Part shown: positions 1-13,302 of the stretch, one piece after another
How the letters are laid out: every line of letters starts with the position of its first letter
How positions within the stretch are numbered: the stretch's first letter is position 1
Assembly (NCBI RefSeq): GCF_000143415.4
Contig: NW_003314312.1
Span: 1,169,299 to 1,233,298, forward strand
Length of the DNA: 64,000 bases
Direction of reading: 5' to 3'
Origin: Selaginella moellendorffii
Lineage: Eukaryota; Plantae; Lycopodiophyta
Translations under genes and position numbers: made by a program
Notes under the pieces: generated by a model
What the model saw: the letters and a program-made list of their open reading frames with translations, nothing else
Database searches by the model: none
Told to the model about the DNA's origin: nothing

Positions 1-1428
1 CCAGAGCAAGAGTAGTCTCTTTAGGTACAAGCGCCTCCATGGCCTGATACACGATGATAAGCTCCTTGTAAGCTGTTTGATCCAAATCTGTTAGTTTACC
101 TTGACAAGAGAATCAGTGTCACGCTCGCCATAGTAAGAGTCGTGTTCGTGATGACCGTGCTCGTCCCTGAGCGTAAAATTGATACTTTGCGAAAAACCAT
201 TTACAAGCTTACCCCCTGCACAAAGAGATTGATCATTAGAGTCGTCTCTACAACCAATATAGTAAAATCTTACTTCAGGTCGTGGCCCTTGTGAAAAATT
301 CTTATCGATGGAAATCCTTGAATATGATGCCTGTAAGACCAGAAATCGATCACAATGCGAGGAAAGGAAAATACTTTACTTTCTGCAGAGATCATTGTTG
401 TCAGTACAATCCACCTTTCCAAGTAGAATTCTTCCGGTATCGGGATGATACCTGGAAACAAAACATAAAAATAAAACCGCTGCCTGAATGACAAAACCTG
501 ACGACTTACTTTTCAGCAATAATTCCAGCCGCTTTATCCCAGGATGGTTTCTGGATGTACAAGCACAAGTCACAAAACAGAATTTTTTGCAAGCCCGGAG
601 CTTACCAAACGAGCGCTCCAAATGCACCAAGGAGCATAGAAGTTGACGACCAAAACCGAATACCTGCAGGCAAACAATATTGCATGGGCCAAAACATAAG
701 CCAAAAAAGCAATGTCGCTACTTACCGGCGTGCATATTCATCAAAAGTGCTGCTCGTAAGGACGTGAGCGCCCTCTCCTTCGTGATCGTCGTCACCGTGA
801 CTTGTTGGATTGGGAATAGGACCGGGATGAAACTCAGGTCCGACAATCTTTAGATTTGGATCAATCGGGTACTTTCTCACTGTCTTGGTAAGATTATATC
901 TATTCTGCAAACCGGCCGTGAGCAGCGTTGCAATAGAAACCAGCAGGCTACTTACAGTTCCCAGTGCGTCGCTCACATCAACCGAAGCAAATTCGCAGGA
1001 CAAAGCAGGAAAACTACAAAACCATTTCGAAGTTTATAGAACCCCAAAGGTAAGATCAAAGCAAAGGAGGAAAAACAAAGGGACTAGAAAGTACCTCATA
1101 TTGAATTGTATGCGCAAATATTCACCATCTTTGCTTCTATCCACCACAACGTTCGTTGTGCTCGACACAGTCAAGTAATTGTTTAGCTCCTACAAGAGAA
1201 GAAAATAATAACTAGCTTTTCTCACGAAAAAAAAAGCAAGGCTTACCATTCCAAACAAGAAAATCATCGCAAAAGCAGCGATCAGCGACAGTCCAGCTCC
1301 AGAGAGCGATGCCTCGGTTAGATCTCTCGGAATTTTCCTGGCGCGCGTGTTAGAATCGCTCAAGACATGACAGGAGGGCCACAATACCTATAGAAATCGA
1401 TCGATTTGATCTTGCTGGCGGTCGTCAT
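1..1428 (-). CDS. PDIL5-4: PDI-like 5-4 / ERGIC (Erv41/46-like) thioredoxin protein, multi-exon, 3' end outside window
   Basis: Spliced translation MTTASKIKSIDFYR-KIPRDLTEASLSGAGLS...SCEFASVDVSDALGT...VVNFYAPWCIWSARL (CxxS thioredoxin motif at ~610-650); GT-AG introns. Confidence 0.88.
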
Positions 1429-1667
1429 GGCTGGAATTCGCGCAATACCTAGTCACAAATCCATCGCCAGCGCTGGCACCTCGTTGTGATCGAAGAAATG
1501 GGCAGATCTAAGCGCACGCCTCGCCTCGGCGTCGCCGTAGTAGCTGCCCCGACTTCCCAAGACCTTGTAAGTGAATATTCTATTCCCTTTCCTATTTTGC
1601 CTCAGGAATATGCCTCGTGCTTAAGACACTGCGTGGTGGTCTGGAGCTCGAATCCGGGGAGGGAGAA

Positions 1668-1677
1668 CTAGGGTTTT
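1668..1677. promoter_or_regulatory. Telo-box (AAACCCTA) in the ~275-bp divergent PDIL5-4/eRF3 intergenic region
   Basis: ctagggtttt just upstream of the eRF3 ATG; telo-boxes are typical of plant translation-machinery genes. Confidence 0.45.
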
Positions 1678-1702
1678 CAGGGTTCCAGAGTGCGCGTGAA
1701 CG

Positions 1703-4259
1703 ATGACGGACTTGGATTCATGGGAGGAGATTGAATCGCCGGCAGGGTCACAGGCGCCAGCGGCATCACGGCTCAATCCATCGGCGCCTTCCTTCACATT
1801 CAATCCGTCGGCGCCATCTTTCATGCCCAGAGCTCCAGCGCCGCCGACACCAGCTCCAGCTCCACAGCCGGCGCATCAGCCTGGATTTGCGATCCCGGTC
1901 CGAATTCCAGTCCCTGAGCCAGAGGATTCGGCGGCGTTCGACCAGGCCAATGGAATGGAGGTGGATCCTCCCAAGGAAACAAAGAAGGAGGACCCTCTTC
2001 CGGGTGAGTGATCGAATTTTCTTGGCATTTTCTCTTCTCACCTGGTCACCACTGTCAGAGGAAATTGTGGAGAAATTCGAAGCCACCAAGATCTCACCAG
2101 GTTTCTTTCCTCTTAGTTTCTTCTTTTTAGTGTTACTAATCGTGTATCCCAGATGTAGAAACTCGCGACGAGATGGATGCGGAACCAGCACCAAGCAAGG
2201 AAGATTTTCCCGAAGATGTTACTGACACTCGATCGCACTTGAATGTTGTGTTCATTGGTCACGTTGGTATGAATCAAGTTTTCGCTTTTGCTGACGAAGT
2301 TAGCTCACTGTTGTCTCACTGTAGATGCTGGCAAGTCCACAATCGGTGGACAGATTCTTTTTTTGAGTGGTATGGTGGACGAACGCACCATACAGAAATA
2401 CGAGCGGGAAGCCAAGGAGAAGAATCGCGAGAGCTGGTCGGTGCTTCGTTGTTTTTTATTTCTCCTCTTCGGCCATAACTGATTGTCTCTTGTTTCTCAG
2501 GTACATGGCCTACATTATGGATACTAACGAAGAAGAGCGTGCGAAGGTGCGCACTTTCTTCCACTTTGTGAATGTTTTCTTGCCGGTTTTATTCTGGTGT
2601 GTCTTGTAAATATAGGGAAAGACAGTGGAAGTTGGCAGGGCTTCCTTCGAAACGGCTAAAACGAGGTTCACGATTCTGGATGCTCCCGTAAGCTGTTTTC
2701 TACTCTCTTTTTTTCTGTTCCTTTGTCTGAAAGTGCTTTTTTTCAGGGGCACAAAAACTATGTGCCAAATATGATCAGTGGTGCTTCACAAGCGGACATT
2801 GGCGTGCTGGTAAGTGTCACGATATTTTAGCGCTACATTGTCACAAGATAAAACTATGCAGGTTATATCCGCTCGCAAAGGTGAATTTGAAACGGGATTC
2901 GAAAGAGGAGGCCAGACACGGGAGCACGCTCAACTTGCAAAGACACTCGGTGTAGCGAAGCTCTTGGTTGTTGTAAACAAGATGGACGATCCTTCCGTTG
3001 GGTGGGACAAGGAAAGGTATTTATCTCGACTCCTTGTCTGCTACTAATTCTTTCTTAGGTTTGACGAGATTGAGAAGAAGATGACTCCATTTCTGAAGTC
3101 ATGTGGTTATAACATCAAGAAAGGTTTTGTGCTATCTACTTTCTTTGTCTAAAATGCTTATACTTCTGATTGCAGATGTCCAATTCCTTCCAATCTCGGG
3201 GCTTTATGGAACAAACCTCAAAGAAAGAATGCCGACGTCTGTCTGCTCTTGGTGGGAAGGGCCTTGTCTGTTTGAGGCATTAGACAGCGTGGAGCCGCCT
3301 CAAAGGGACGCTACTGGTCCGTTCAGGTATTGGAGTGTCCGAATAAACGGTGGACTTGACAGTGTTACATTTGCCGTTCTCAGGATGCCGATCATCGACA
3401 GATACAAGGACATGGGCACGGTGGTCATGGGAAAGATAGAAGCGGGATCCGTGAGGCGGGGCGATAATTTAGTGGTCATGCCCAACAAGGTTGGCATGAT
3501 ATAAATAATGTGTTTACTGACATTGTTTAATTCTGTACAGGCTCCAGTGAAGGTTATCACCATCTTCCGTGACGCTGATGAAGTCAATCAAGCCAAACCG
3601 GGAGAAAATTTAAGAGTACGGCTGTCTGGTCTTGAGGAAGATGACATTTCATCTGGTTTTGTGCTCTCCAGCAGCAGTAAGCTTTTCCCTGACTGATATT
3701 TTGTTCTCTTTCCTTACCCTCGTTATCCAGGCAACGCAATCCCCGCTGTGCTGGAGTTCGATGCTCAGCTTCAAGTGTTGGAACTTCTCGATCACAAGGT
3801 AGGCATTCTGCAATTGCGTAAGCTGGTCTTACAGCTTCGATTTCATGCAGGCTATATTCACGGCTGGATATAAGGCTGTTCTCCACATCCACGCGGTCGT
3901 GGAAGAATGTGAGATCATGGAGCTCATGCAACAGATTGACCCAAAAACCAAGAAGCCAATGAAGAAAAAAGTGCTCTTTGTCAAGGGTGGCGCCGTTGTC
4001 GTTGTCAGGATTCAGGTAAGCTGTTTCTTTTTTTCCTCCACTCGAGCCCTTTATATTCACAAAACCATACCAGGTTCCTGCTCCAATCTGCATTGAGAAG
4101 TTTCAGGACCTTCCACAGATGGGCCGTTTCACTTTGCGTGACGAAGGTGCTTGTCTCTCAACTTCTGTTACTATGCTACTACTGAGATTTGGTGTTGTGC
4201 TTTCCATTCCAGGCAAGACTGTCGCCATTGGCAAGGTCATTAAGCTGAGACAAGAATGA
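1703..4259 (+). CDS. eRF3: Eukaryotic peptide chain release factor 3 (eRF3/Sup35/GSPT GTPase), multi-exon
   Basis: [57 protein letters not shown], C-terminal GRFTLRDEGKTVAIGKVIKLRQE*; N-terminal PAM2-like LNPSAPSFTFNPSAPSFMP. Confidence 0.95.
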
Positions 4260-4551
4260 CGCAGAGTGACTTGTAGCGACGCTTTGGTTCGTGCTGCTGG
4301 CCTGAATCTGCGGTAAGCCCGCTCTTGCAAGTTTTCTTCTTGCTCACCAAAGCCTCTTTCTTGTGCAGATGAATTCAACGCAATGGCCTATATTTTTGTT
4401 TCTCGCGTATCTCCATATCATCGAACTGTATTTTGGTGAGCTAGCAAGCACGACAAACGTATTGACACGTTTCTTAATCTACGCAAGTTGTTTTCGAGAA
4501 TAACAAGGTTGTTACAACATTAGTCCAGCCGATCTTACGAAAACCCACACG

Positions 4552-5862
4552 CTAGTACTGATCGTGGTAGTACTGCTCCTGCGATGTTACTGCCGCTGGC
4601 GCAGGCTGAGGCTCCGGATACTCGTACGCATTCTGGAGCTGGAGCAAACTGTTGCTGCTGGAGGCTTCGTCTTTGCGGAAAGGCACGGATCCCATCCTCT
4701 GCGGATCCATCGAAGGATAGTAAGGATTGTCCGAGAGCGGCGCCGGAGGAGGCAAGTAGTAGGCCACTCCGTCATCCTGCTCCGCCGCTCCGCCATCTTC
4801 GTTGCTCTGCTCCTCCTGAGCTCCACCACCGCTGCTCAAGTCCGACTTTGCTGCTTGAGGCTTCCCCCACATGAGCTTGAGCCTGACTCCGTTCACCACG
4901 AGCTTGTGTGCGAGGTCCTCGGCAGCTTTCTCGGCGTCCTCACGCGTGGTGTAAGTGATGAAGGCGCAGGCCCTCTGCGGGACGAGCCGGAGCGATTCGA
5001 TCTCTCCATACGAGTAGAAGTTGTCTTTGAGATCCTCGGTGGTGACTCTCTCGTCGAGGCCACCAACGTAGAGCGTCCTCACGGTGGTATCGTCGGGAGG
5101 AGTGAGCGTCGACATCTCCTCGGCCTTTTTCAGGAGCTTTGCAGCAACGGGATCATTCAACCTGTAAAGAAAAGAACTCTCAAAGTGAGAAGAAACGCGA
5201 AGAAGAGAACACAACTTACCCGTAGTAGCGGTCCTTGATGTTTTGCTGTGAGAGCTCGCCAGTGACTGGCATCTCGTGCCTGTAGGGACAAGCATCACCT
5301 CTTTGGCATCCACCGCGGACAAAGAAGCTGCAAATGTGTGCTCGGTTGCGCTTGTAGTATGGGCTCGTCCTCTGGAGCTTGAGGATCATGTCATTCGGCC
5401 GGACTTTACCAAAGGACGACTCGTGATCCACCTTGCGGTCGTGTTCTTCCGCAAAGTACTCGCGATTGACATCGCTCTTGGGTATGACATCGCTGGTGTC
5501 GACCTCCAGGGCGCTATCCCGGGCCTGGACGGGCAGCCCATACTCGAGATCCAGCACACAGACCTGGCACACATTCTTGAGCTTGCTACACGTCTGGCAA
5601 ATCTCAGTCTTCTTGTATCGCGAGTCGCGGCCGGCCTTCCAGCGAAAGACGGTGAAGGGCCTGGCGCAAATCTTACACTCCTTGTCGAAATTCGCCTTGG
5701 TCTGTGCCAAAGGAAACAAACAATGTGAGCTCCACGGTGAGAAATCGCGGCGCTTACCATGCGAACATAGGGATTATCCCCCAGGCACGTCTCGCAGATG
5801 ATCGGGAAGTCCGAGCGCTCCCACCCATCGGCCTCCAGATCGCGCAGCAGCCTGTGCGCCAT
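4552..5862 (-). CDS. Pre-mRNA splicing factor RBM22/Slt11/MAC5-like (CCCH zinc finger + RRM)
   Basis: [35 protein letters not shown]; [19 protein letters not shown]; RRM TLYVGGL...RACAFITY; two short introns (~5703-5757, ~5162-5219). Confidence 0.95.
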
Positions 5863-8249
5863 AGCTCAACCCTTGCCCTAAAACTCGTGGATTAGGTTAA
5901 CTGGTATTTAGTGATTTATAGGCCTAGCTCAATGAAACTTTAAAGAGTATGACAGGGATGCCATACTCTCAGTCGAGCTATGGATGTATCACTACGTGGA
6001 GCAAAAGAGCAAGCTGAAAGGAGCACAAGACGTATTGATCCAAGTTTGACACGTTTCTTCTATCTTCTGCAAACCATCACATATCTAAACGAAAATGGTT
6101 CTTTTTTTCAAGTTTTAATTGCTGTCATTGCAGAGAGTTATCTGCAACCGAGGGAATGGTACCGGTGGAGCATTGGGTTCTTTGCTGATATGCCTGCTTG
6201 TTTCCCACCATTTTGAGTTATGCTCGTAATTCTTGTTCATGTAGATTCCCATTGCTGGTCTCCAGTAGTGAATTACCAGATTGTCATAACTTGTAGCTAA
6301 GTTGTGATCGATTGTTACCCCGGTTTTCTGAAGAGCACGCATTCAGGAGCCTATCATGAACGCTAAAATTTCGACAAGCTGGGCATGTTATAAGTACAAT
6401 TTGCTCGCCACAAGAGCTAGACATGCAAAGCTTTTTGTGCATTGGACTGTAAGCTATTCGTTCATTTCAATGTTGTTGCGTGTTTTAACTATTTGAGGTT
6501 TTTACTCCACTCGCAAGCTGAAATAATGAACAGTGATTGGGAAGTAGCTGTTCTCGATTTGGCACAAGAATGTGAGGAGTCACTTACTAGGTGATATGCA
6601 ATAGTCATCGAATCCTGGCACAACTGGAGGAGATACCCATATGACATTTGTTTTGTGTATCTTTGTAAACTTTGGGGGATGTGTGTTTACAAAACATTTG
6701 CTTCTAGCCAGCCACAGGATAAGTTCATTTGGAGCATAACATTAGAGATAACTTGAACAAGTGGAATCTGCCTATGTAAGCATACATGGGAATGCCATTT
6801 CATGAGTTTGGCAATTGTAGGTTATCTTTTAGAATTTGTGTATCACTAAATATTTGCTTTATTATTTATATTTTGCAATATAAATTCCAAATAAATAAAC
6901 AAAAAATCTACATGAGGCTTTGAGGTACAAAAGTTTATTTTATTTTTCAATTGATTCTTACTCAATTTCGGCCTGGAGGTGTGAATATTTACAGATTGCA
7001 CCGTGCTAAATTCTGGATCTTGTTCAAATGACAGGTCCATGGTACTTGTGCTCAAGTTGTCCAACTCGCTGTTAATGCTGATTTCACCTCTCTGAGCCGC
7101 GAGTGTGAGCAAGGGTAGACTTTCTTCTTGTTATGTTTTTTAGTCTAGTTTACGTTTTTAATTGCAATTGGCAGGCTCTTCTATGTATCCCACAGGACAA
7201 AGTCCAATGCCGTGTTATGCAGCCTGGAGTGAAAGATAGTCTTCACTGCATGGGTGTTGATTCCATGGAACAGCCTGCAACTGACATGGACCTCCAAGCT
7301 ATGGTATTTTGCAAACTTTTGAGTAGTTTATGTTTATCATTTCTAACATTGTGTTTAATGACTAGTGAACTTTGTTGGCCTGATCTATCACCTTCCATGC
7401 AGTTGTGTAGGTAAAATGTCTATATTTCTACACTTGGTTCATCAATGGTTTTCTATCTTCTCATGTAAATCTCTCCAATGCTATCACTTCTGGGATATGA
7501 AGAATTTGCCGAAAGTTGAGAGTTGTAGTAATCTAAATAGTTATCAGTGTTTAACACTTCTTAAAAAACTCAAGGTTGTTGTCAAGACAGTGCTACAATA
7601 GCACAAATCTTGAAGGATGAATCAGGAATTATGTCATGCATGATCATCCAGGATGTTGAAGAGATGAAAGAGGTGAACACACAACTCTTCTTCAGTTTAC
7701 CTCAGTGAACACATCTGGACTTTGCAAAATTCCAAAGCTCTCAAACATTCTAGCATGGAGGTTTCTTGACGCGAATTGTGTCACTGAGTATAAAGAAACA
7801 ATTCTCCACGAAATGAATGAAATTACAATTTTGCATGCAGAAAACAAAACGATTAAGGATGAGACTTGATGAAATCTTCATTGAAGTTCCACAGATCTGT
7901 AGCTAGCCTTTGCATGGGGGGTTGAGATTGAATTGATCGAGATCAAAACAACAAAGGAAAGAATCAGCCGGATGTCCGCATGGTCAGCCACGTGGCTGTC
8001 CACCCTGACACTTCCTTGTAACTAAATATCAGCACACACGGCCAGAGCTTCATTGCAATCCATGTAGTACTTTCCACTCACACGATGGACCGCTATAATT
8101 TAGAGTGAAATTGTGTAGAAAGATAGTTTATATGTTCCGTACTATTTTTCCTTCTCTCTTGCTCCCTTTCCTTTCCTTCTCGCTGCTTCTTCTCTTCCTC
8201 CATGTTCTTCATTCTGGTGTACATGGGACATTGTCTTACAGCAGCTGGA

Positions 8250-9120
8250 GATTTTGCGCTCATGGTCAATCTCGCAACATGTTCATTTGCCAGGAATACC
8301 TCGGCTTCTGGATCATACCTGGGCAGATGAAACCAGACCCAACGAAATTGGATGCAATCCAAAACTGGCCAGTGCCTGCTACAATGAAACAACTCCGAGC
8401 ATTCATGGGATTGTGCAATTACCTCCGAAAGTTTATAGAACACTAGGTCAACGTTGCTGCTCCGTTGACAGACATCATTGGAGCAGACCTATTCTTTGTG
8501 ACACTCAACAAACTTTCAACAGACAAAAATGTCACATTCTTGAGGTGCCAGTGCTCTAGCTGCTGGATTTCACTGGAGGTTTGTGGTGGAAACAATCCGA
8601 TGTGGCAGTAGGAGTGGTTCTCACAACTTGATTGCTTTCGAGAGCAGGAGTTTTAGGAGGTGGAGTCAAGGCAGCCAATGTATGAGCAGGAGATGATGGT
8701 TGCCATGACAAAATGGAGGCATTACCTAATAATGGCTTACTTCACCCTTCAGACAGATCACTTAATCTTCATGTGGAGCAGCCAAATTTCAAGCAACATC
8801 TCTGGATCAAACAACTTCAAGCAATGGATTTTACAATTGAGTTTTGAGTAGGAAAGATGAATGTGGTAGCAGATGCACTATCCAAGCCTAAGCCTTCCAG
8901 CATCCAACAGTTCATCTGGTGAGCTCGACTTTAAAGTGGAGGTGTAGGATGGGTATGGCATGGAACCCTTCCTTGGCAAATTGTTTTGCAGGTTCTAGGA
9001 GGATGGACCTTATTTTCACCCAGGAATCTCATTGGAAGCAGGAGTCCTTTTCAAGAAGGACGGGTATTGATTAATGCCAGGTTTTTCACTGAGGGATCAT
9101 CACAGGGTGTTGCTTCCACC
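8250..9120 (+). mobile_element. Decayed Ty3/gypsy pol remnant (RT end, RNase H)
   Basis: EYLGFWI...KPDPTKLDAIQNWPVPATMKQLRAFMGLCNYLRKFI; YEQEM...KWRHYL...TDH; many stops. Confidence 0.75.
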
Positions 9121-9744
9121 CAGGGTTTTGTTTGGGTTGTCAATGTAGCATGTTAAATTACATTGACTCAATTTGGCTTGCACTTTACACAAATCTTGCA
9201 TTTAATTGAGTAACATGTATATTCCAGCTCATTTATTACATTCTCAAGGCAACTTGTGCCTGCCAAGACAACTTGCAGCAGCTCAGCGTCAAGGCAAAGG
9301 CTTGGATGAGGAAGTCTGGGCAAGTGTTCTTCAATGGCGGGCAGGTTCTTTTTTGTAATCCCTTTTCTCTTGAATGGCAAGGGGTAGCATGTGAGGTCAC
9401 GGCCATGGGTGAGGACAAGGGCAAGGGTGTGGATTAGTTCCTTCTTCTGAGGTTAGCGCAAGCATATCCTAGCGTTTACAGCTGTTGGAATAGCAGCTGC
9501 CATTAATGTCTCTCCAACAACATCAGGATCCAGAGCTTGGGTGTGGTTTTCCTTCTCAACTAGGCAAGTAAGGGGAGCTTGAGAGCAGTGCATGTGTATA
9601 TGTCGATAGGGAAAATTTGGAGCAGAATGCTTGCAACGAAATGACACCTCAATTTTATTATAACAAAAAGATTGAGGTGTGGAGGGACTTGGTCCAATGC
9701 AACATTTGTCACGTATCAGTAAATGACTAGGGCTTGACAGGAAT

Positions 9745-12700
9745 TGAAACGAACCTCCCTCATGACCCAGCCACATACAGCAGCCTTGAGAAGCTAAACA
9801 AGCCTCACGTAAAGGGAGTCCAAGGCAATATGGCCATGGAGAAAAGATGTGCAAATGGCAACACCAACGTCACGACAAACGGCCACGAAAGAAAGAAAGC
9901 AATACGGCTTTCTCACATGACAATACAGTCATGGAAAACAAGAGAATGAGAATAGAACAAATGGCTCAAATCATATAGCAATACGGCTATAGAATTCAAT
10001 TCTCCCCTTCTTCAGGAATGTCATCCAAGTCATAACTAAAACTTGGGAACACTCTCTTCACGTCATCCTTAGTTTCCCATGTAGCTTCGTCCATGGAATA
10101 ACCATTCCACTGAACTAACAACTCCCTAGTTGTTTTCCGGTGTGTTTTCACCAATCTTTGAGCAAGAATATTGGCCGGACCAGCCTTCTTTGCATCAATC
10201 TTTGGAAACTGGATGATGGATTGATCCATGATATCACCAGAGTGCAAACACGCTTTAAGCTTGCTCACATGGAACATTGGATGAATCTTCGAACTAACTG
10301 GCAAGTCCAAAGTGCATGCAAGATCCCCCACACGTTGTAAAATTGTCCAAGGCCCATAATACCGTAGAGACAACTTAGCACTGCCACCTTCTTTTAGAGA
10401 CTATTGTGCATCCAACAGTTTAAGGAAAACCTTGTCATCAACTTTGTACTCTTGATGACGATGATGCTCATCAACCAATCTTTTGTCTCGCTCTTGAGCT
10501 TGCCTCATGTTCAATTTTGCCAACTCAAGCTTGTCTTGCATATCCTCCAGGAAATCACAAGCATGAGGAACTTGAACCAAAACCACATTCAAACTCACAG
10601 GAGACCTAGGCTTATAGCCATACATCGCCATAAAGGGAGACATGCCAATAGCCGATTGATAAACGCTATTGTGAGCAAACTAAAGCAAAGGCAAGTACTT
10701 CTCCTATACTCCTTGTTGAGTCAAGTTTCCCCAGCAATTGATAACTTGGAACTTGTTGATCGACGGATACAGCCGTCAGGGGGACTTCGATCGAGTGCTC
10801 GAACTTTTCGAAGAGCACAAAAGACCGTAGCATATCTTCTAATAGCTGATTCATGTCCCATCAGATTGTGGATGCTCACCACTAATCATGCTTAGCTTAG
10901 TCTCTAGTTTTTCAAAGACCGTGTGCCAAAACTTGGACGTGAACTTAGGATCCCGATCACTCACAATGTCACCCGGCAAACCATAGAGATTGAATAACCG
11001 GTCTACAAACAACTGAGCAAGTTCAGAACCTTTTATTGTTGTCTTCACAGGGAAGAAGTGAGCCATCTTCGTCAAACGATCCACAACAACCCAATAACAT
11101 CATTTCTTTGAAAGGTTTTGGGCAAATTAGTGATAAAGTCCATCAAGATGCTATCCCACTTATTCTCGGGTACACATAAAGGATGATAGAGGCCAGCGAG
11201 CTTTTGATGATCAACTTTGACCGCCTGGCAGATCAAACAACCACGTACGTACTTCTCAACATCTAACTTCATCCCAGGCCAAAAGAAATGCCTCTTCACC
11301 AACATATATGTTCGCAATACCCCCGGATGCCCAGCACTTAGCACATCATGACACTCAACCAAAATCCGTTTGATGAGTTTGTCAACATGAGGAACCACTA
11401 CATGTCCCTTCTTCACTAGGATTCCATCTCGTATTTCGAATGACGCAAACTTGTCACCCTTTAAATCTGTAGAGGTGTCCCTCAACAAAACCTGTGCGCA
11501 AATATTAGTGATAAAGGAGTCGAAATCAGTAAACTCCTTAAGCTCATCCAAGAGATCGCTAGATAGCTTCACAAACGAGATATAATTTACCATCTTGGAT
11601 AATGCATCGGCCACCTTATTGTCACCTCCATGCTTGTACCGGATTTTAACAGACATTTCCTGCATAAACTCTTGCCAACGAGCAAGGTGGCCTCAAAGAT
11701 CCAATAATCTGAAACTACATGGAAGTCCGATCCATATAGATAATATTGTCATTCTCGAGTAGGTTAATTCCGCTGTGTGGCATCAAACGTGTGGCTCATG
11801 AATGCAAGAGAATGCCTAACTTGAAGCAATACGGCCCCAAAAGCGCTATCACTCACATCATTGCCTATAATTTCCACCACAATCACCTTACCATTCATTG
11901 ACCCCTTCAGAACAATCCTTGCTCTGATGTCCAGCTTTATGGTAACGAAAACAATTGCCCTCTACCTTGTCCTTCTCTCGCTGGTCCAAATGAAGTTTCA
12001 TAGCCTCATTGCCATCTTCATTCTTCGAGCCACAATGAAACAATGGCTGTTTCTTCCCCGAATATGAAGCATTGGCAAGCTGGTCATCACGTTGACCACC
12101 CTGTAGACCATACCGTTGACCAGAATTGACAAAGTTGACCGATGGTTTGGGCGAAAAGATTTGAGCCTTAGTGATAGCATCAGTCAATGTTGCTGGAAAA
12201 TCCTTCCTGACCTTCTACTACACCACAGAGCTCAATCCTTTGATAAAACATTGCACCTTTAGTAGCTCATTATAAGTGCCTATGAGACTAAGGCAAAGAT
12301 CACAAAACTTGCGGGCATACGCATCCAAAGACAAAGTCCCTTGCCAGATCTCTAACAGCTGGTTCACGAGATCAACCTCTTCAAACTTCTTGACAAACGA
12401 AGTGCGGAAAACCTTCATCAAATTTGTCCAAGAAGTCGACTTTGGATTAGCTTTGATGTAGTTCTTCCACCACAAAGAAGCATGGCCCGTAAGCTTCATC
12501 ACAAAGAAATCTATCTTCACCTTATCCTCATAAGGATTGTGAGACCAACAACTTTCCCACAATTCCAACCAAGAATCAACCTCTTGACTATCACAAATAT
12601 CTGGTGATGATTTCCATTCCACGATACTATAATCCTTGGCATGTTTGACGTACCAATGGTAATCACGGACATGAGATTGATTCAACCCTTGAGGGTCCAT

Positions 12701-13302
12701 GCGAAGCAAGAAATCCTTAATAAGATTGACAAAATCCTTAACCTCCTTTATGTCGCTTTGAACCTCAGAAATTTGGCATCCTTGCCGCACAACAACATCA
12801 TCAAGAGTTTCTTCCGCATCGTTATGGCTATCATCACTAATGCCATACTCCTCATTAGGATCAATCTCTTGCTCACCCACCATCCCCAAAAGAACATGCT
12901 ACTCCAATACCAATGTTAGGATTCTATCCTTTACACCCTAAGTCAACTGGCTAAAGGGGTGATTAGTTGATTGCAGGGTCCTTTCTTTATCCTATTATCC
13001 TGACTTGGTGTTTAACAATCCTCCCCTTGCCAAGGAATGATCGTTCACGATCATATTTAGGCAACCCTCCAATCACCATGGTCCTTCTCTTAGAGTCTAC
13101 CAAACCTTGGTTCTCCCTCTAGATCCACTATGTTGAATATTCCTTCAGAATATTCTTGCCCCACTTGTCAACCACAAGAATCGAACTGGGCTCTGATACC
13201 AATATTACGAACCCTAGGCCAACCTCCCAACCCTTAAGGTGTTACAGCCTTAAATCCCACTGGCCATGGAATATTCTCAGAATATTCCTGTGGTTCATGT
13301 CA
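9745..13302 (-). mobile_element. Non-autonomous chromovirus-type Ty3/gypsy element (family A): gag, partial RNase H, integrase, chromodomain; protease and RT deleted
   Basis: TSD GGAAT at 9740-9744 and 13303-13307; TG...CA ends; Met-tRNA PBS at 13190-13201; integrase GHPG/IVSDRDPKF; GPW motif and chromodomain LLVQWNGYSMDEATWE. Confidence 0.88.
12914..13017 (-). repeat. 104-bp short LTR (TRIM-like) inside the leader of the family A element
   Basis: TGTTA...TAACA ends; on the minus strand preceded by PPT AAGGGGAGGAT and followed by a second PBS-like TTGGTATT. Confidence 0.6.

Noticed and set aside
5980-7900. Possible multi-exon gene remnant
   Set aside because: Splice-like signals are present, but no coherent frame or family could be recognised.
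12914-13017. Cassandra TRIM
   Set aside because: No 5S rRNA-derived sequence visible in the LTR.
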